Shown here piece after piece: positions 51,154-64,000 of a stretch of 64,000 nucleotides of DNA. Positions within the stretch are counted from its first letter, which is position 1; every line of letters starts with the position of its first letter. The notes under the pieces were generated by a model. It had not been told where the DNA came from. It did not search any database and saw only the letters and a program-made list of their open reading frames with translations. The stretch is taken from NCBI RefSeq assembly GCF_006345805.1, contig NC_043005.1:39246001-39310000 (forward strand), given 5' to 3'. The DNA is from Octopus sinensis (lineage: Eukaryota). The position numbers and the translations under genes were made by a program.

Positions 51154-51252
51154 GAAAATAGAAAAGAGTGAAAAAACTACAGAAGGCTTGTTTTATAAGG
51201 TTAAAGAATATATTTAAGTCTTCTGTAGTTTTTCACTCTTTTCTATTTTCTA
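51152..51252. repeat. Inverted repeat (about 38-bp arms, 26-nt spacer) flanked by TA runs
   Basis: TAGAAAATAGAAAAGAGTGAAAAAACTACAGAAGGCTT (51152-51189) pairs with AAGTCTTCTGTAGTTTTTCACTCTTTTCTATTTTCTA (51216-51252) with one G:T and one bulged A. Confidence 0.9.
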
Positions 51253-51527
51253 TATATCCAACCACGTGCTTTCACAAACCAACTTTCTCACCTATATATA
51301 TATATATATTAAAATAAATATAATATATATTTATATAATGATGAATCCGAAAAACCGAAACTTGAAAGCCACTGTAACCTTTTTCCGCGAGTGTTATGAT
51401 AGATGTGCTCTACTAAAAAGTATTGAGCCATTCTACGATTTAGTGTTAAATTGGTTTTATGTATAAACTTTTACATACGAAGAAAGATTAACATATATGC
51501 ATACACAAACTTACCCCACCCACACAC

Positions 51528-51575
<48 letters not shown>

Positions 51576-51934
51576 GTGTGGTCGTGACTGTTTGCGCGCG
51601 TGCGTATGTGTGTGTTTGTGTGTAAAGATAGCGGCAGAGATAAAGAAGAGCAAAAAAATGAGGAAAAGTCAGAGAATATGAAGAGTCCACAGTAAAGGAA
51701 GAGTAAGAAGAGGGAGAGAGAGAGGTGCAGACAGACAGACAAATACATAGATAGACAGACAAAGAGAGAGAGAGAGGGAGAAAGAGAGATGCAGTGAGAC
51801 ACAGCGTGAGATGGATACAATAAAAAAGACAGATAAAGAGAGAGGTACATAAACAGAAAGATACACAGAAAGGGACAGAGGAATAGAAGGAGAGATAGAG
51901 AAAGACAGAGAGAGAGAGAGAGAGAGAGAGAAAA

Positions 51935-51990
<56 letters not shown>

Positions 51991-52129
51991 GAAGGTAGGG
52001 ATTGGGTTTCAGGAACGGACAACAATAAAAATAATTTAGAGCTATAAAATATATTTTGCCAGCACTGATTGGTTATATTTACACAAGAAAAGGAATTTAG
52101 GGAGACGTTCTACCTAATGTAATTAACCG

Positions 52130-52250
52130 CAGTAACTTATTTGTACTTATTTTATCGATCATGAAAAGGATGAAAGGCAAAACCAGCCCCCGATGAGATT
52201 TGAATTCATTAACGGAAAACAACATAATTTAACACCGCAAGGTATTTAGT
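52130..52250 (-). mobile_element. SINE family C remnant
   Basis: GTACTTATTTTATCGA...AAAGGATGAAAGGCAAA...GATTTGAATTC. Confidence 0.5.
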
Positions 52251-52899
52251 CCCTCTCACACACTACTCCTTGTAACTCACTTTAGTTGTTATTTTCATAA
52301 TGTGTGCGGTGGTGTATGTGTGTGTATGTATGCGCGTGAATATGTATGTATGTATGTACGAGCATATGAAAGATAATATGTGTCTGTGGCAGAGAGACAG
52401 AGAGAGCTATTGAGTTCCACTTACACATATGTGCAATAAAATACAGACATTCCTACACACACCTTCACTCACCCACTCTCTCACACTCTCTCTCTCTTTC
52501 TCTCTCTCTCTCTCTTTCTTTCTCTCTCCCTCTCACACACAAGCACATACGCACACACACGTCTATTTCATGTACACGTACATACATCTTTCACTTTCTC
52601 GCTCTCAGTTTCCGCTCTCACTTCAAAGGAAATGTCGCCTTTTCACTTTCACTTCTCTTTTAATTTATGTTGTCTTCAAAGCATAAACAAATAAAAATAT
52701 TTTACGGAAATTAACGAACAATCATATGATCCATTATGATCGACCATATGATCAAGCAGACAATATTGTTGCTTCAAACGAAAGAATGCCATAAAATATA
52801 TTCCTTTGGCACACACACTCACACACACACTCTAGGTAAAACCGCTGCACGAATTTCTATTTCTTATTGCATTGCACACACAAAATTATAGCTCAAATC

Positions 52900-53200
52900 C
52901 AATTGAAATGATACTTTTCTATTCTGTAATTTGTGTTTGTGATCAGCATATTTAAAAACATGATCTTTGATATAAACTTAACAGTAAATTTTCCCAGGAA
53001 TCCTCTTCTTTCCCTGTCGTTTCTAGCATGTCTGATATGATGCAGGTTTCTGGGTTCCCGAGTATTTTCCATGCAATCGAGTATGGAATCTCCTCCTCTT
53101 GTAATTGCCAGATATGGCTGGCCAGCGAGGTCACGTATCTCATGTCCAGGATTTTGATGGAGGGCAGATGATTTGAAATATGCACCACACGTACTTCTAA
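52900..53200 (-). mobile_element. Penelope-like GIY-YIG remnant
   Basis: Minus-strand VTSLASHIWQLQEEEIPYSIAWKILG (ORF 52952-53188) followed by ...KFISK..., the PLE EN C-terminal pattern. Confidence 0.7.
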
Positions 53201-53618
53201 GGGTGCATGGTGTCGCTGTGTCTGCTGCTGCTGTCGTTGCGCCTGTTAATGCTGCAGGGCCTGCTGTTGTTGACGCAGCAACAGCAGCAAAAGGCACACC
53301 AGCAAAGGTAGCAGCAACAGCAGCACCTGCAACAATACCAAGGCCGAATGGTAACAATCATTTACGATCTTGGTGCTTTGGTGACCGCAAGATGGCAGCG
53401 CGGCAGACGATCGATGGACAATAGCAAAGGGAGATAATGACCTGGGGTTTTACCCTTAAAAAGCTTTACGCATCCATATTTTAAATAGGTCTCAAGCCAG
53501 CAATGTTAACTGAAGATATGCCGTAAGGATAAACCCATTATGAGCGAGAAACCAAGAGTAACCCCATAAACCGGTCTACCCCCACTATCGTATATATATA
53601 TATATATATACATATTTA

Positions 53619-53763
53619 TGCGCAGGGGTGACTGTGTGGCAAGCAGCTTGCTTCCTAGTCACATGGTTCCGGAGTCAATCGCATTGCGTGCTACCTTGGG
53701 CAAGTGTCTTCTACTATTGCCTTATGAGTGGATTTGGTACAAGGAAACTGAGAGAAGCCCGTC

Positions 53764-53814
<51 letters not shown>

Positions 53815-54030
53815 AATATATGTGTGTATGTGTTTGTGTGTGTATGTGTGTGTCCCCTTGCCATCGCTTGACAACCGATGCTGGTGTGTATACATTCCCG
53901 TAACTTAGCGATTCTGCCAAAGAGATCGATAGAATAATTACTAAGCTTACAAAGAATAAGTCTGGCTGATTTGTTCAAATGAAGACGATGCTCCATTTGA
54001 CTGCAGTCAGATGACTGAAACAAGTATGAG
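53619..54030 (+). mobile_element. Full-length SINE family A
   Basis: Collinear with 19645-20043, with an expanded internal (TA)n/(TG)n. Confidence 0.85.
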
Positions 54031-55994
54031 TGAAAGAGTAATATATATAAATTAATAATTAACGAGAACAAGGATTTATATACCTAGCTTTATTCTGCAT
54101 GCAATCACATCTTTACATTTCTCGAAGGATAAAATACATTTACTGACCACTGATCCATTCTTTGACAGCTAGTTACTTGTTTTTCTAACCAGCAAAAGGT
54201 CAGAATTTAAACTATTTTTAGAATATTAACACCACGTGTATGAAATATTTTCGTTGGACTTGTATCTAGTTCAGATGGGTCTAAAATGCACCCCGAAGAA
54301 GCAACAATTAACGCCAAAATGCACATCAAGATGCAAAATTTTGTAGTGAGCACTAAGCTGCCACAGAAACATATGAAGGTGCAGAAATGGAAAGACGTGA
54401 TTGGCTGCAGAAGAAAACTGGATATATAACTCTCTGTTCTCTTTACTTATTAATTTATTATTTATTCCCTACCTGACAACATGCAGTCTCTATAGAAATT
54501 TATGGATTTACCGTTGTGAAGATCTACTGAGGATAGCAAAGTAAACTACATTATTAACCGGTCAAAGTGAATACGATACCTGCTAGGATTGTATATCCCT
54601 ACCAACCTAATTTGGAAATTTACCTTAAATACACACACTCATAAATATAGCGATTTCTGATAAGGGCAGGAGATCAACAGACAATTGGTTCTATACTTCA
54701 TAGACCGTGGTAAAATGAAATGTGAATCGAACTGGACAATTTGAATTCGAAAGTAGAGAGGTCTCCACACCTCAATAGCTTCTGCCAATTCATCACCTGC
54801 CATACAGGTATGTTACAAGAGTTGTGAAGGTGCATGGTCAAGTAGTAAGTATGAGCACTCACAACCGCAAGGTCTTGGTTTTTATACCCAGACAGGGCGG
54901 TGCGTTGTGTTCTTGATTAAAAAAACACTAGCTTTCACGCGACTCATCATGATCTGAGCAAGTAGTGTCAATTTGATGGAGAGAATGAGCTAATACACGG
55001 CACAAACATTTGATGACTATAAACAAATGATTTGCACAAATTCTTCAGTAATACTCAGCTGTTGTTAATTTGAGCGGAGCCCAACATTACATGGGAAAAG
55101 TTTTAAAATATCGGTATGCAGTGCTGATTGAAATAAATGTTCATCAGAATTTAATTGGTGCTTCTTTCATTGATACATATAATAACGATGTTCACACCAG
55201 CGAGATTTGAAACAAGAAAGTTATGGGACGTAATAAAATGTAACGTGGTTATGTGGTTCGACATATACCTCGATATATCTCTTGTCTGCAAATTCTGCAA
55301 TGACTCCTTCCTTAGGAAATATTCGTAAGGGAACTGAAGAAAAATATTGATACTGGGGAAAAATATTTATACTGGAGAAAAATCCTGGTACCAAGTTTTA
55401 TTGACTCGCAATTACTATAGTAGAATGAAAAGTAAGAATAATAGCGGCATAAAGAAATTTATATGGAACTTCAATAGCAACAGCAACAAATGCACAGCAG
55501 AGTAGAAACAATGTTATTGTAATCACGTTCTACTGTTATGAACTTTAATACATATAAAAGTGCATTTTATTTCATGTATATCGAGATGCGCCCATTCTTG
55601 CATATTTATGCGATTTCTACAATAAAGAAACACTCCATACAAATGAATCCGAGAAAGCTTTAAGATATCTCATTGAGACTGAACTCTGGGTGTACGTTTA
55701 CTTACGGTATGAAGAGCCATAGGATAATAAAAGTGAATATGTAACACCCGCTCTTTTGTCATGTATGTATTTAGTGATAATTCGCTCTGTAACTGACCTG
55801 ATGGGTTACCGTGAAATATAAGTATACTGACATCGAACAAGTATTTATCAGTATTACTACAACCAAACGCAACTGAAATACACACACACACGTACACTCA
55901 CACACACACGTGTACACACACTAGCATACATGCATGCATACATACATACATACATGCATGCATACATACATACATACATACATACATACATACA

Positions 55995-56026
<32 letters not shown>

Positions 56027-56310
56027 AACATACATATGTTTGTGTGCCTGCATGTGTGTGTGAGAGTGTGTGTTTAATATTCAAGTTCTCTGGATAATTT
56101 TATATTCATTTATATAAATCTAAGAGTAGTATTTAGTAAGTCCTTTTCAAGATAATGTATGGAGAATACATTTGTGTAGAATTTTGATATTCATAATTGA
56201 ATATGCCCATTTATACAAATATCCACATGATTATATGCGTCCATCTATCTACAAATCTGTGTGTGTGTGTGCGTCTGTATGAATATGTATTTATCTGTAC
56301 ACCTCTTCCT

Positions 56311-56791
<481 letters not shown>

Positions 56792-57553
56792 CAGATTGAT
56801 AGAGACATACCGTGATGACGTCAATGCGACAAAAGAAATTTAACAAGTGCAACAACGAACAACAAACAGAACAAAGGATGTTATAATGTAAAATAAGATA
56901 ACGAAAGTGATAGATGCTTTCTCTCCATAATAGGTTGTGAAACTCGTCACTCCATCGAGTAACTGTCAAATATGCCTTTAGTCCCATTCATCCTACATTT
57001 GTCCCCTCCCCTTGCCTACTATATTCTAAGTGACTGTTCTCAGTGTAAATTCAAACTCACCGAAGAACAATGCTTTATAGATTTAAATCTTCCGTTTGAC
57101 GGTGAATGTAGTTCTTAATTGTTAAGATTATCTTTAACTCATCCAAGATTCGAGGTTGCTAAAATTGTCTCTATTTTCATTGTAAGACATAGTAATATGA
57201 ACCAAATTGTCTACGCATTAAAAAAAATAGTGTCTATTGTGTATGATAAAACATATTCATTATCTTGGTATATTCAACGAAGGGCCAATTTTAGTGGACT
57301 ATTTGGGGAGAAATCTATTGAACGGAATGAAAAAATCTATGTCAAAAATGGTCTTTTCCACTATGTATGATAATAAGATCTGATTATTTATATGTAAAGT
57401 GCTAATACTAAGTTTCCATGGTAAATAGTCGTGCAATCTGTCTGTGACGTCTTCGCTTACAAACTTTCAAGTGTCTTGTCGCCTTGCTAACTAAATACAG
57501 AGAATTACTTCACATGATTCACACACAGATGCAAGCGTCGATTGCACGTATAC

Positions 57554-57584
<31 letters not shown>

Positions 57585-57594
57585 CATACATACA

Positions 57595-57625
<31 letters not shown>

Positions 57626-57789
57626 GCATACATACACGCACACTCACACACACACATACGTATGTGTACGAGACACAAATAAGCAATAGCAAAATTATGT
57701 GTGCATGCACATGTGTGCGCGCGTATGTGTGTGTATACATGTATGTGTATATAGTGTATGTACTGTATGTATGAATATATAGATAGATG

Positions 57790-57889
<100 letters not shown>

Positions 57890-57890
57890 T

Positions 57891-58400
57891 ATGTTTGTCC
57901 GTCGTTGTCGACGATGACCAAGGAATTCAGATAGAGAAGATGGGTCCTCGTATATTCGGCTATGGCCGATCAGTCCGATACGTGCTCAGAAGGGTCTTCC
58001 GCAGTTTGGACACTGGTAGCTTGCTGGATGAGACTGAATCCAAAGTACTGGCTGTGAACCTCCACAGTTCGTGATCTCTTTGTGCCCCTGAAAACCTGTT
58101 TTGTCCGTAGCAGGTGGTATTGCTTGGCGCCGCTTTGCTGGGCTGCATGGTCTTGTACTTGTGATTCCCATGTGTCGGTGTTGATCTCAAAGTTCTTCTG
58201 TGGAGCTTTTGAGTGGAGCTTCAAGCGCTTTTTCCGTTCACCTTGCGTACACTAGCTTTCCGTCAGTTCACTGTAAAACAGTCTCTTGGGGAGTCGCCTC
58301 TCAGGCATCTAAACAAGGTGGCTTGCCCACCTGACTTGCTCTCCTAAACAGTATGCAGATGCTTCGCAGATCAGCTCGAGAGAAGGCCTTGTAGCACCAA
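57891..58400 (-). mobile_element. RTE/BovB-like LINE, 3' end
   Basis: Minus strand: SRADL...RMPERRLPKRLFYSEL...NFEINTDTWES...YQCPNCGRPF...IGLIGHSR, a 3' UTR ending GTCATCGTCGACAACGACGGACAAACA, then a (TCTA)n tail. Confidence 0.85.
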
Positions 58401-58449
58401 CAAATTATTCCTCGAGAGCTCAGATATGCTTCTGCTGTCCATCTCTACA

Positions 58450-59185
58450 AAAGAAAGAAAAGCAGGCTTCCTTATGCCAACCACCGAAGAATTTATCACC
58501 TTCCCATCGCTGACTTAGTACTCGTAAAGGGCATCTTTGTCTTCCTTGCTCAGCACATGAAAAACGGGTATGAGTGGGACTTCAAAGAGAGGCGTGGGTT
58601 AGACCACATGATATTTGCGGCACATCAACGACAGAAATGTCAGGAACAGAACAGAGATCTGTACATGACGTTTTTTTTTTTTAGTCAACTGTGGCCTTTG
58701 ACATCGTCGGTCGTGAGATACTCTGGAAGATCACAGGAAACTTCGGCTGCTCGGACGAATTCATCAGCATAATGCGTCAGATACATGACAACAAACCCGC
58801 TCAAGTACTGGATAGTGAAGATTCTTCCGACGCATTCTTAGTCACTAATGGTGTCAAGCAGGGCTGTCTACTCGCACCTATACTATTCAGCATGGTGTTC
58901 TCAGCCATGGTGTCGGATGCCTTTGCAACGTCGTTGAAACCAGTATCAAGATTAGATTCAGGAGAGATGGCACACTCGCCAACTTGCGGAGACAGCAGGC
59001 CAAGCCGGGGAGAAAACGGCTCTGTGTGCGATTTCCTGTTCACAAATGACAGCCCATATAACACCGCCAAGAGTTTCAGATGTTGCAGAGAATTAACTGC
59101 TTTTCCACTGCCTACGAAAACATTGGTCTCACAATCAGTACTCCGAATACAGAGTTCATGAACCAACATGCCCCGCAGAAGTATA
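58450..59185 (+). mobile_element. RTE/BovB-like RT segment, inverted relative to the 3' end
   Basis: MIFAAHQRQKCQEQNRDLYMTF, AFDIVGREILWK...FGCSDEFISIMRQIHD, FLVTNGVKQGCLLAPILFSMVFSAM, later GLTISTPNTEFMNQHAP: RTE-clade RT motifs. Confidence 0.85.
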
Positions 59186-59292
59186 ATGTGGTATTCTATT
59201 AAATGCAATCAAGTGTGAATACACACATATTTATGTACAAGTACATATATAACACGCATAGATATATGTGTGTATATGTGTGTGTGTGTATA

Positions 59293-59359
<67 letters not shown>

Positions 59360-59640
59360 CGGGAAGCTTTATGAAAATAAACAAAAGACGAAGGCAGGTG
59401 GAAAACAAACGAACAATTGTATTAGTATGGCGCTCAGGAAATATAAATAAAACAAGTCTTTAACGTTTCGAGCCTACGCTCTTCAACAGAAAGATACACA
59501 GAGAGAGAAAAACACAGAAAGAAGGAGAGAAATAAAATGCGTGCAGTAGCTAACGAATCAACATGGCGATCTGATTTCGGCCAGAGGTCAAAGATTAAAC
59601 ATGAGACGCGAGAGCGAAATAAGGGGAGATAATAGGGTTG
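59360..59640 (-). mobile_element. Probable Penelope-like terminal-repeat fragment containing a hammerhead-like motif
   Basis: Minus strand TTGAAGAGCGTAGGCTCGAAACGTT at 59462-59486; flank ATTAGTATGGCGCTCAGGAAA resembles TATTATTGACGCTCAGGAAA near 12640-12660. Confidence 0.4.
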
Positions 59641-59667
59641 ATAAAAGGGTTGAGGGACCAGCTAATA

Positions 59668-60000
59668 GTGCGTGGGAGGGGTCTGGATGTGTGTATGTAT
59701 AGGGTTGGTGCATGTATTAGTATGTATAAGGGTGTGTGTGTGTGTGTGTGTGTGTATGAGAGAGTATTAGTGCGTAGGATTGGTCTGGACGTGCGTATGT
59801 ATGGGGTTGGTGTATGTATTAGTATGTATTAGTATGTATTAGTACGTATTGGTATGTATAGGTGTGTGTGTGTGTGTGAGAGAGTATAAGTGCGTATGCG
59901 GGGTCTGGACGTGTGTATGTATAGGGTTGGTGTAAGTATTAGTATGTACTAGTATGTATTAGTACGTATTAGTATGTATTAGTTGGTGTGTGTATTAGTA
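59668..60000. repeat. Minisatellite, 3 units of 102-120 bp with a nested 10-bp TATTAGTATG subrepeat
   Basis: GGTCTGGA anchors at 59680, 59782 and 59902, each followed by GTATGTAT(A/G)GGGTTGGTG. Confidence 0.85.
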
Positions 60001-60710
60001 TGGCACATCATATGTGATGTGATGTGTAAAGTCATGTGGTGTAGTGAGGAGAAGAGGGGGAGGGGTAGAAGAGGGGTAGAAGAGGGGGAAGAAGAGGGGG
60101 AGGAGAAGGGGGAAGAGGAGAATATATATATATATATATACATATATACTTCACTGAAAGTGTGGAGTAATTCTACGATTTCATGTTAAATTGTTTCTAT
60201 AACTAGATAAATAGAGATACATACATACATATATACATACATACATACATACATATGTAAATACATACATATGTAAATACATACATACTTACATACATAT
60301 CTGCTGACAGATATGAATACATGCATGCATACAGAGAGAGACTAATACATGTGCATTTTGTGCCTAGAAAATTTTATGGAATGTAGAACAGAATCCATGT
60401 GTTCTTAAGGAACGTGTATATATCGCTAAAATATTCCATCTAATAAGCTGCTCTGAATTAAGCTAAAGGGCTGGAATATGCGAAGAAGTTTGATATGAAT
60501 GTATGTCAGTGTGAGAGAAAGTATATATATGCATCGGTAAGCCTGTGCTTTTCCACGCATGTGTGCATGTACGAATCAGATAAGTAAAGGGCGAGAGAGA
60601 AAGAGAGAGAGAGATAGAGGAAGATATATATTTACATGTATATGTATGTATATACATATATATGTATGTATATATATACGTGTATAAATATGTGTGTATA
60701 TATAAATTTA

Positions 60711-60762
<52 letters not shown>

Positions 60763-60807
60763 CATACATATATGTATGTATATATACATGCATATATAAA
60801 CATGTAA

Positions 60808-60862
<55 letters not shown>

Positions 60863-61654
60863 TGCATACATACTTATATACATACAAGTACATGTCAGCA
60901 GATGCAAACATAAAATGTTGATATTTCTGTATTTCTAGTGATGTGCATCTAATTTTCACGTGATTGCGCATGTCTGTATTATGTATGTGAATGTGGCTGA
61001 GTGCAAATGCGTTTTTAAATCTGTTAAGTATTGAAATGGGAATTTCTCATCGGAAATGATTATTTTCTGCTAATATGTGTTGTGCAGAAATCGCTTATGT
61101 GGACGCAACGCACTAACGTTTTAAAGTGAAAATTGAAAGGAAATATACATACCCATTCCTGAATATATGTGCGTGAATACTTGTTAGCTGAGTGTGCATA
61201 TATCAGTGTCTGTCTGTGAGTGCATGCCTATGTCTGTGAGTATGTGTGTGTCTCTGAGTATGCGAATGTGTATGTATGAGCTCTTGCAGGCCCACGTTTC
61301 TTCGGAGAAATTGGGTTTAAAATGAAATAAAATAAAAATATTAATAATGTGTAGAAAATATACAAAAAAAAAGTTGCAAGTAAGTTATCTATGTAGGTTG
61401 CTTCTAAGAAAATATATGCTTCTAAATGTTAATAGAACTAGCAGAAAGATCCCCACTGAAGGATAATGCCCTGGAGTTCCTGTATGTATGTATGTATGTA
61501 TGTATGTATGTCTGTATGTATGTATGTATGTATGTATGTATGTATGTATGTATGTATGTATGTATGTGTGTATGTATGTATGTATGTACGTACGTACGTA
61601 TGTACGTATGCATGTTTGTATGTATGTATGTATGTATGTTCGACGGGGTACCCA

Positions 61655-61990
61655 TAAAAACTAGAATTTTGCAATATTTTATTCACTTCATTTTACATGT
61701 TTACACTTTTATCACCTTCAATTTATTCTCCATTTGAAGCAATCCATCGGTCTAGTACTCGTACGATGTGATGCCTTTTAACACCGTCTTTTTTTCTTCA
61801 TCTCTTCTACATCTGCAAATTCCGTAGCACCAACGTTCGTCACCGGTGTTGACCTTTGTTTTGCTGCAACTATTTTCATTAGAAATTCCTCGCTCAAATT
61901 CTTTGGCAGGTACTCCAGTACACACCAGTCATATCAAGTTTCTCAGTTGTTCGTCGACGGCTTTTACGTTAGTTAAAGGACTCTAATGCC
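61655..61990 (-). mobile_element. Mariner-like 3' remnant
   Basis: End CGACGGGGTACCCATAAAAACTAG resembles a mariner TIR; minus strand DRWIASNGE*IEGDK resembles a mariner C-terminus. Confidence 0.45.
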
Positions 61991-62199
61991 CAATGGTCTA
62001 TCGTGGTCACGTAAGTGTAGTAATATCTTTGCAACAACAGATAAATGCCATCAGAGTGTGGTGTAAGACGTGATTGTGGGTAGTGTGCCTGTGGAATCAA
62101 TGAAATACAGGAATGGAGAAGTTAGTCTGTTGGGACAACAAGCCCCGTCTAGAATGGTATACCAGGATTATCCGTTGTCTGTTGATCGCTACTGCAGCA

Positions 62200-63000
62200 T
62201 GTTTGACTATGCGCTTCCTTTCTAGGAGGCTGACTATTTGGCAAATTCGCTTCGCAGGGGAATAAGGTGGATCCTTATTAAGTATACCTCATTAGACGTT
62301 GGAGAAAGTAGCGCTGTGGTTGCGAAATCCCCGAATAAAGCAGGACAAAGAGGAAGAGTTTTCCCTCTTCATACATCTGTTAGAGTGCCTAGGCTGTGTG
62401 TATTTTCTTTTGCAGACGTTGTCCGACATGCCTGTGTAATGCGCCGCTAGACCATCTTGTGGTGTGAGAGTAACTCTACAGAAAGAGTGTTTTGAGAGGC
62501 AGGATCTTCACAGCAGAAAGTCTGTAGTATTTTGGATGTTGACTGGGGTGAGTCTGAGATGAGTGTGAGTATTTACTTCTCTTGTAGCATGCGGTTTTGA
62601 AATTGATGTAGTCTAAAAATATATAGCATTTTTGGAATTAAAGATTTTAACTTATCCATGGGATCTAGAGAAATATTGTATAATTTCAGAAGACTCTTGG
62701 GTGTATTGTTGAGACATATAGGCTAATTGGAGGTTTACACCACACAAGTTTTAGTTTTCTGTCCCTTTCATTGTTTAGGGCGCAGTAAGGAGATTGTTCA
62801 TGTATGCTACCTTCTCAGTAAAACATTCCTTGCTAGTTCTTCGTTAGAATAGATCAGAAGTGACTCCCTGACTTTCAGGGTGATTCTTCCTCCATTGATG
62901 TACTTCGATGCTTGGTTTGTTGTAGAGGCCGTCCAAGAGACATAATGTGACACAAATGTTTGGGGATGGAGTTAAGCCTCTGATTCTTTGGTTTTAATTA
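62200..63000 (-). mobile_element. Penelope-like element remnant (RT-EN linker and GIY-YIG)
   Basis: Minus strand RKLKLVWCKPPISLYVST (cf. RNIIWFNPP.S.NV.TN) and TPQDGLAAHYTGMSDNVCKRKYTQPRHS (cf. YIG.T...FK.RY..H..S). Confidence 0.65.
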
Positions 63001-63669
63001 ATATAGAGACAGTCGAAATTCCTTTTCAGTGCATCGTCATGCATTGTGCGAAACATCAGACCAATGAACAGATGTTTCTATTGGTGTGTAGCTTTCTCTT
63101 ATGTTACAATGATAAAGGAATATTTTTATTTTGTTGAACTCCATTCTTATATTCATTTGTAATATAAAAGGAAGGTCGAAACACTTATTCATGCCATTCA
63201 TAATTTTGGCATTTACCTTTATGTCGTTCAGGTGGTATTTTAGTCTTCCTGTGAATCAATTAAATACGCTTCAAATTTCCTTAACAAAACAGATCACAGC
63301 AAATAGACATCAGTATGCATGAATTTACGTATTATGATCATATGTATGTATTTATGTATATAAGTTTATATGTATGTATTTGTGTATTTATCTGTGTATT
63401 TATCGGTGTTCTCTTGTATTTTTAATTATTTGAATTCTTCTTGGTGTTCATAACAAAGCTACAATGCTCCATCCCTGGAAAGTAGATAACAAAAACAATA
63501 TCACACGTTGAATGTGAGAAAATTCATGCATGGTTTTACTGTTCCGCTTGCAAATTATAATTGCAAGGTGCATATTAGCTGGTTGATTTCTTTTCCTGAA
63601 AACCCCATCTGTTCCAGGTGTCACTGTGGCATTTATTGTATATTTACTGTATCTTATCAATTTTTTCTT

Positions 63670-63990
63670 CGTTCAGTCATTGGATCGTGACCGTGCTGGG
63701 GCAGAGCCTTGAAAGGTTTAGTCGAACAATTCGATCCCAGTTCGTATTTTTGGAGTCTGGTAATTATTCTATATTTCGCTATTGCTGGGATATAAGCAAA
63801 GAGCAAACCAATGCAAATTGTCCAACAGATACACTCACGAACACAAAGAGACACACTTATATATGTATACATACATATACATATATATGTGTGTGTGTGT
63901 GTATAGATAAACACATATAAACATACGCACACGCACACACACATATACATATACGACGGGCTTTCACTCAGTATGTCTTCTACAAAATTG
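63670..63990 (-). mobile_element. SINE family A, 3' part, diverged
   Basis: TTCAGTCATTGG...GCCTTGAAAGG...TAGTCGAACAATTCGATCCCAG...ATACGACGGGCTTTC with an internal CA/TA tract. Confidence 0.7.
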
Positions 63991-64000
63991 GTCCTTAATG

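Noticed and set aside
53173-53424. Ala-rich 83-aa ORF
   Set aside because: Degenerate GCT/CAG low complexity abutting a Penelope-like fragment; open on both strands.
56816-56823. Perfect CRE palindrome TGACGTCA
   Set aside because: An isolated 8-mer next to a microsatellite with no supporting promoter context.

Overview
Eukaryotic, AT-rich, microsatellite-saturated genomic DNA. The SINE families and repeat spectrum resemble an octopod cephalopod (Octopus); this is inference from pattern recognition, not a database search. There is no long intact protein-coding ORF, and almost all entries in the ORF track are translations of microsatellites or fragments of decayed transposons. Recognisable elements: a Chapaev3-like transposase remnant, two Dong/R4-like LINEs, two Tx1/L1-like 3' ends, a CR1/L2-type 3' end, a 5'-inverted RTE/BovB-like LINE, three Penelope-like GIY-YIG fragments plus hammerhead-like motifs, three Tc1/mariner remnants, many tRNA-derived SINEs (families A, B and C are my own labels) and a short solo-LTR-like insert. 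The most striking structure is a 5.0-kb, nearly perfectly homogeneous array of a 545-bp unit (22992-28026) lying in a (TA)n tract. Each unit has an 11-bp inverted repeat exactly 36 bp inside each end, and the array folds back on itself at 26242. Host-gene signals are weak and all on the + strand: a candidate start-codon exon (50062-50157), two candidate small exons (12028-12061, 13410-13487) and a TATA+Inr candidate (34186-34216). Boundaries of decayed elements are approximate.
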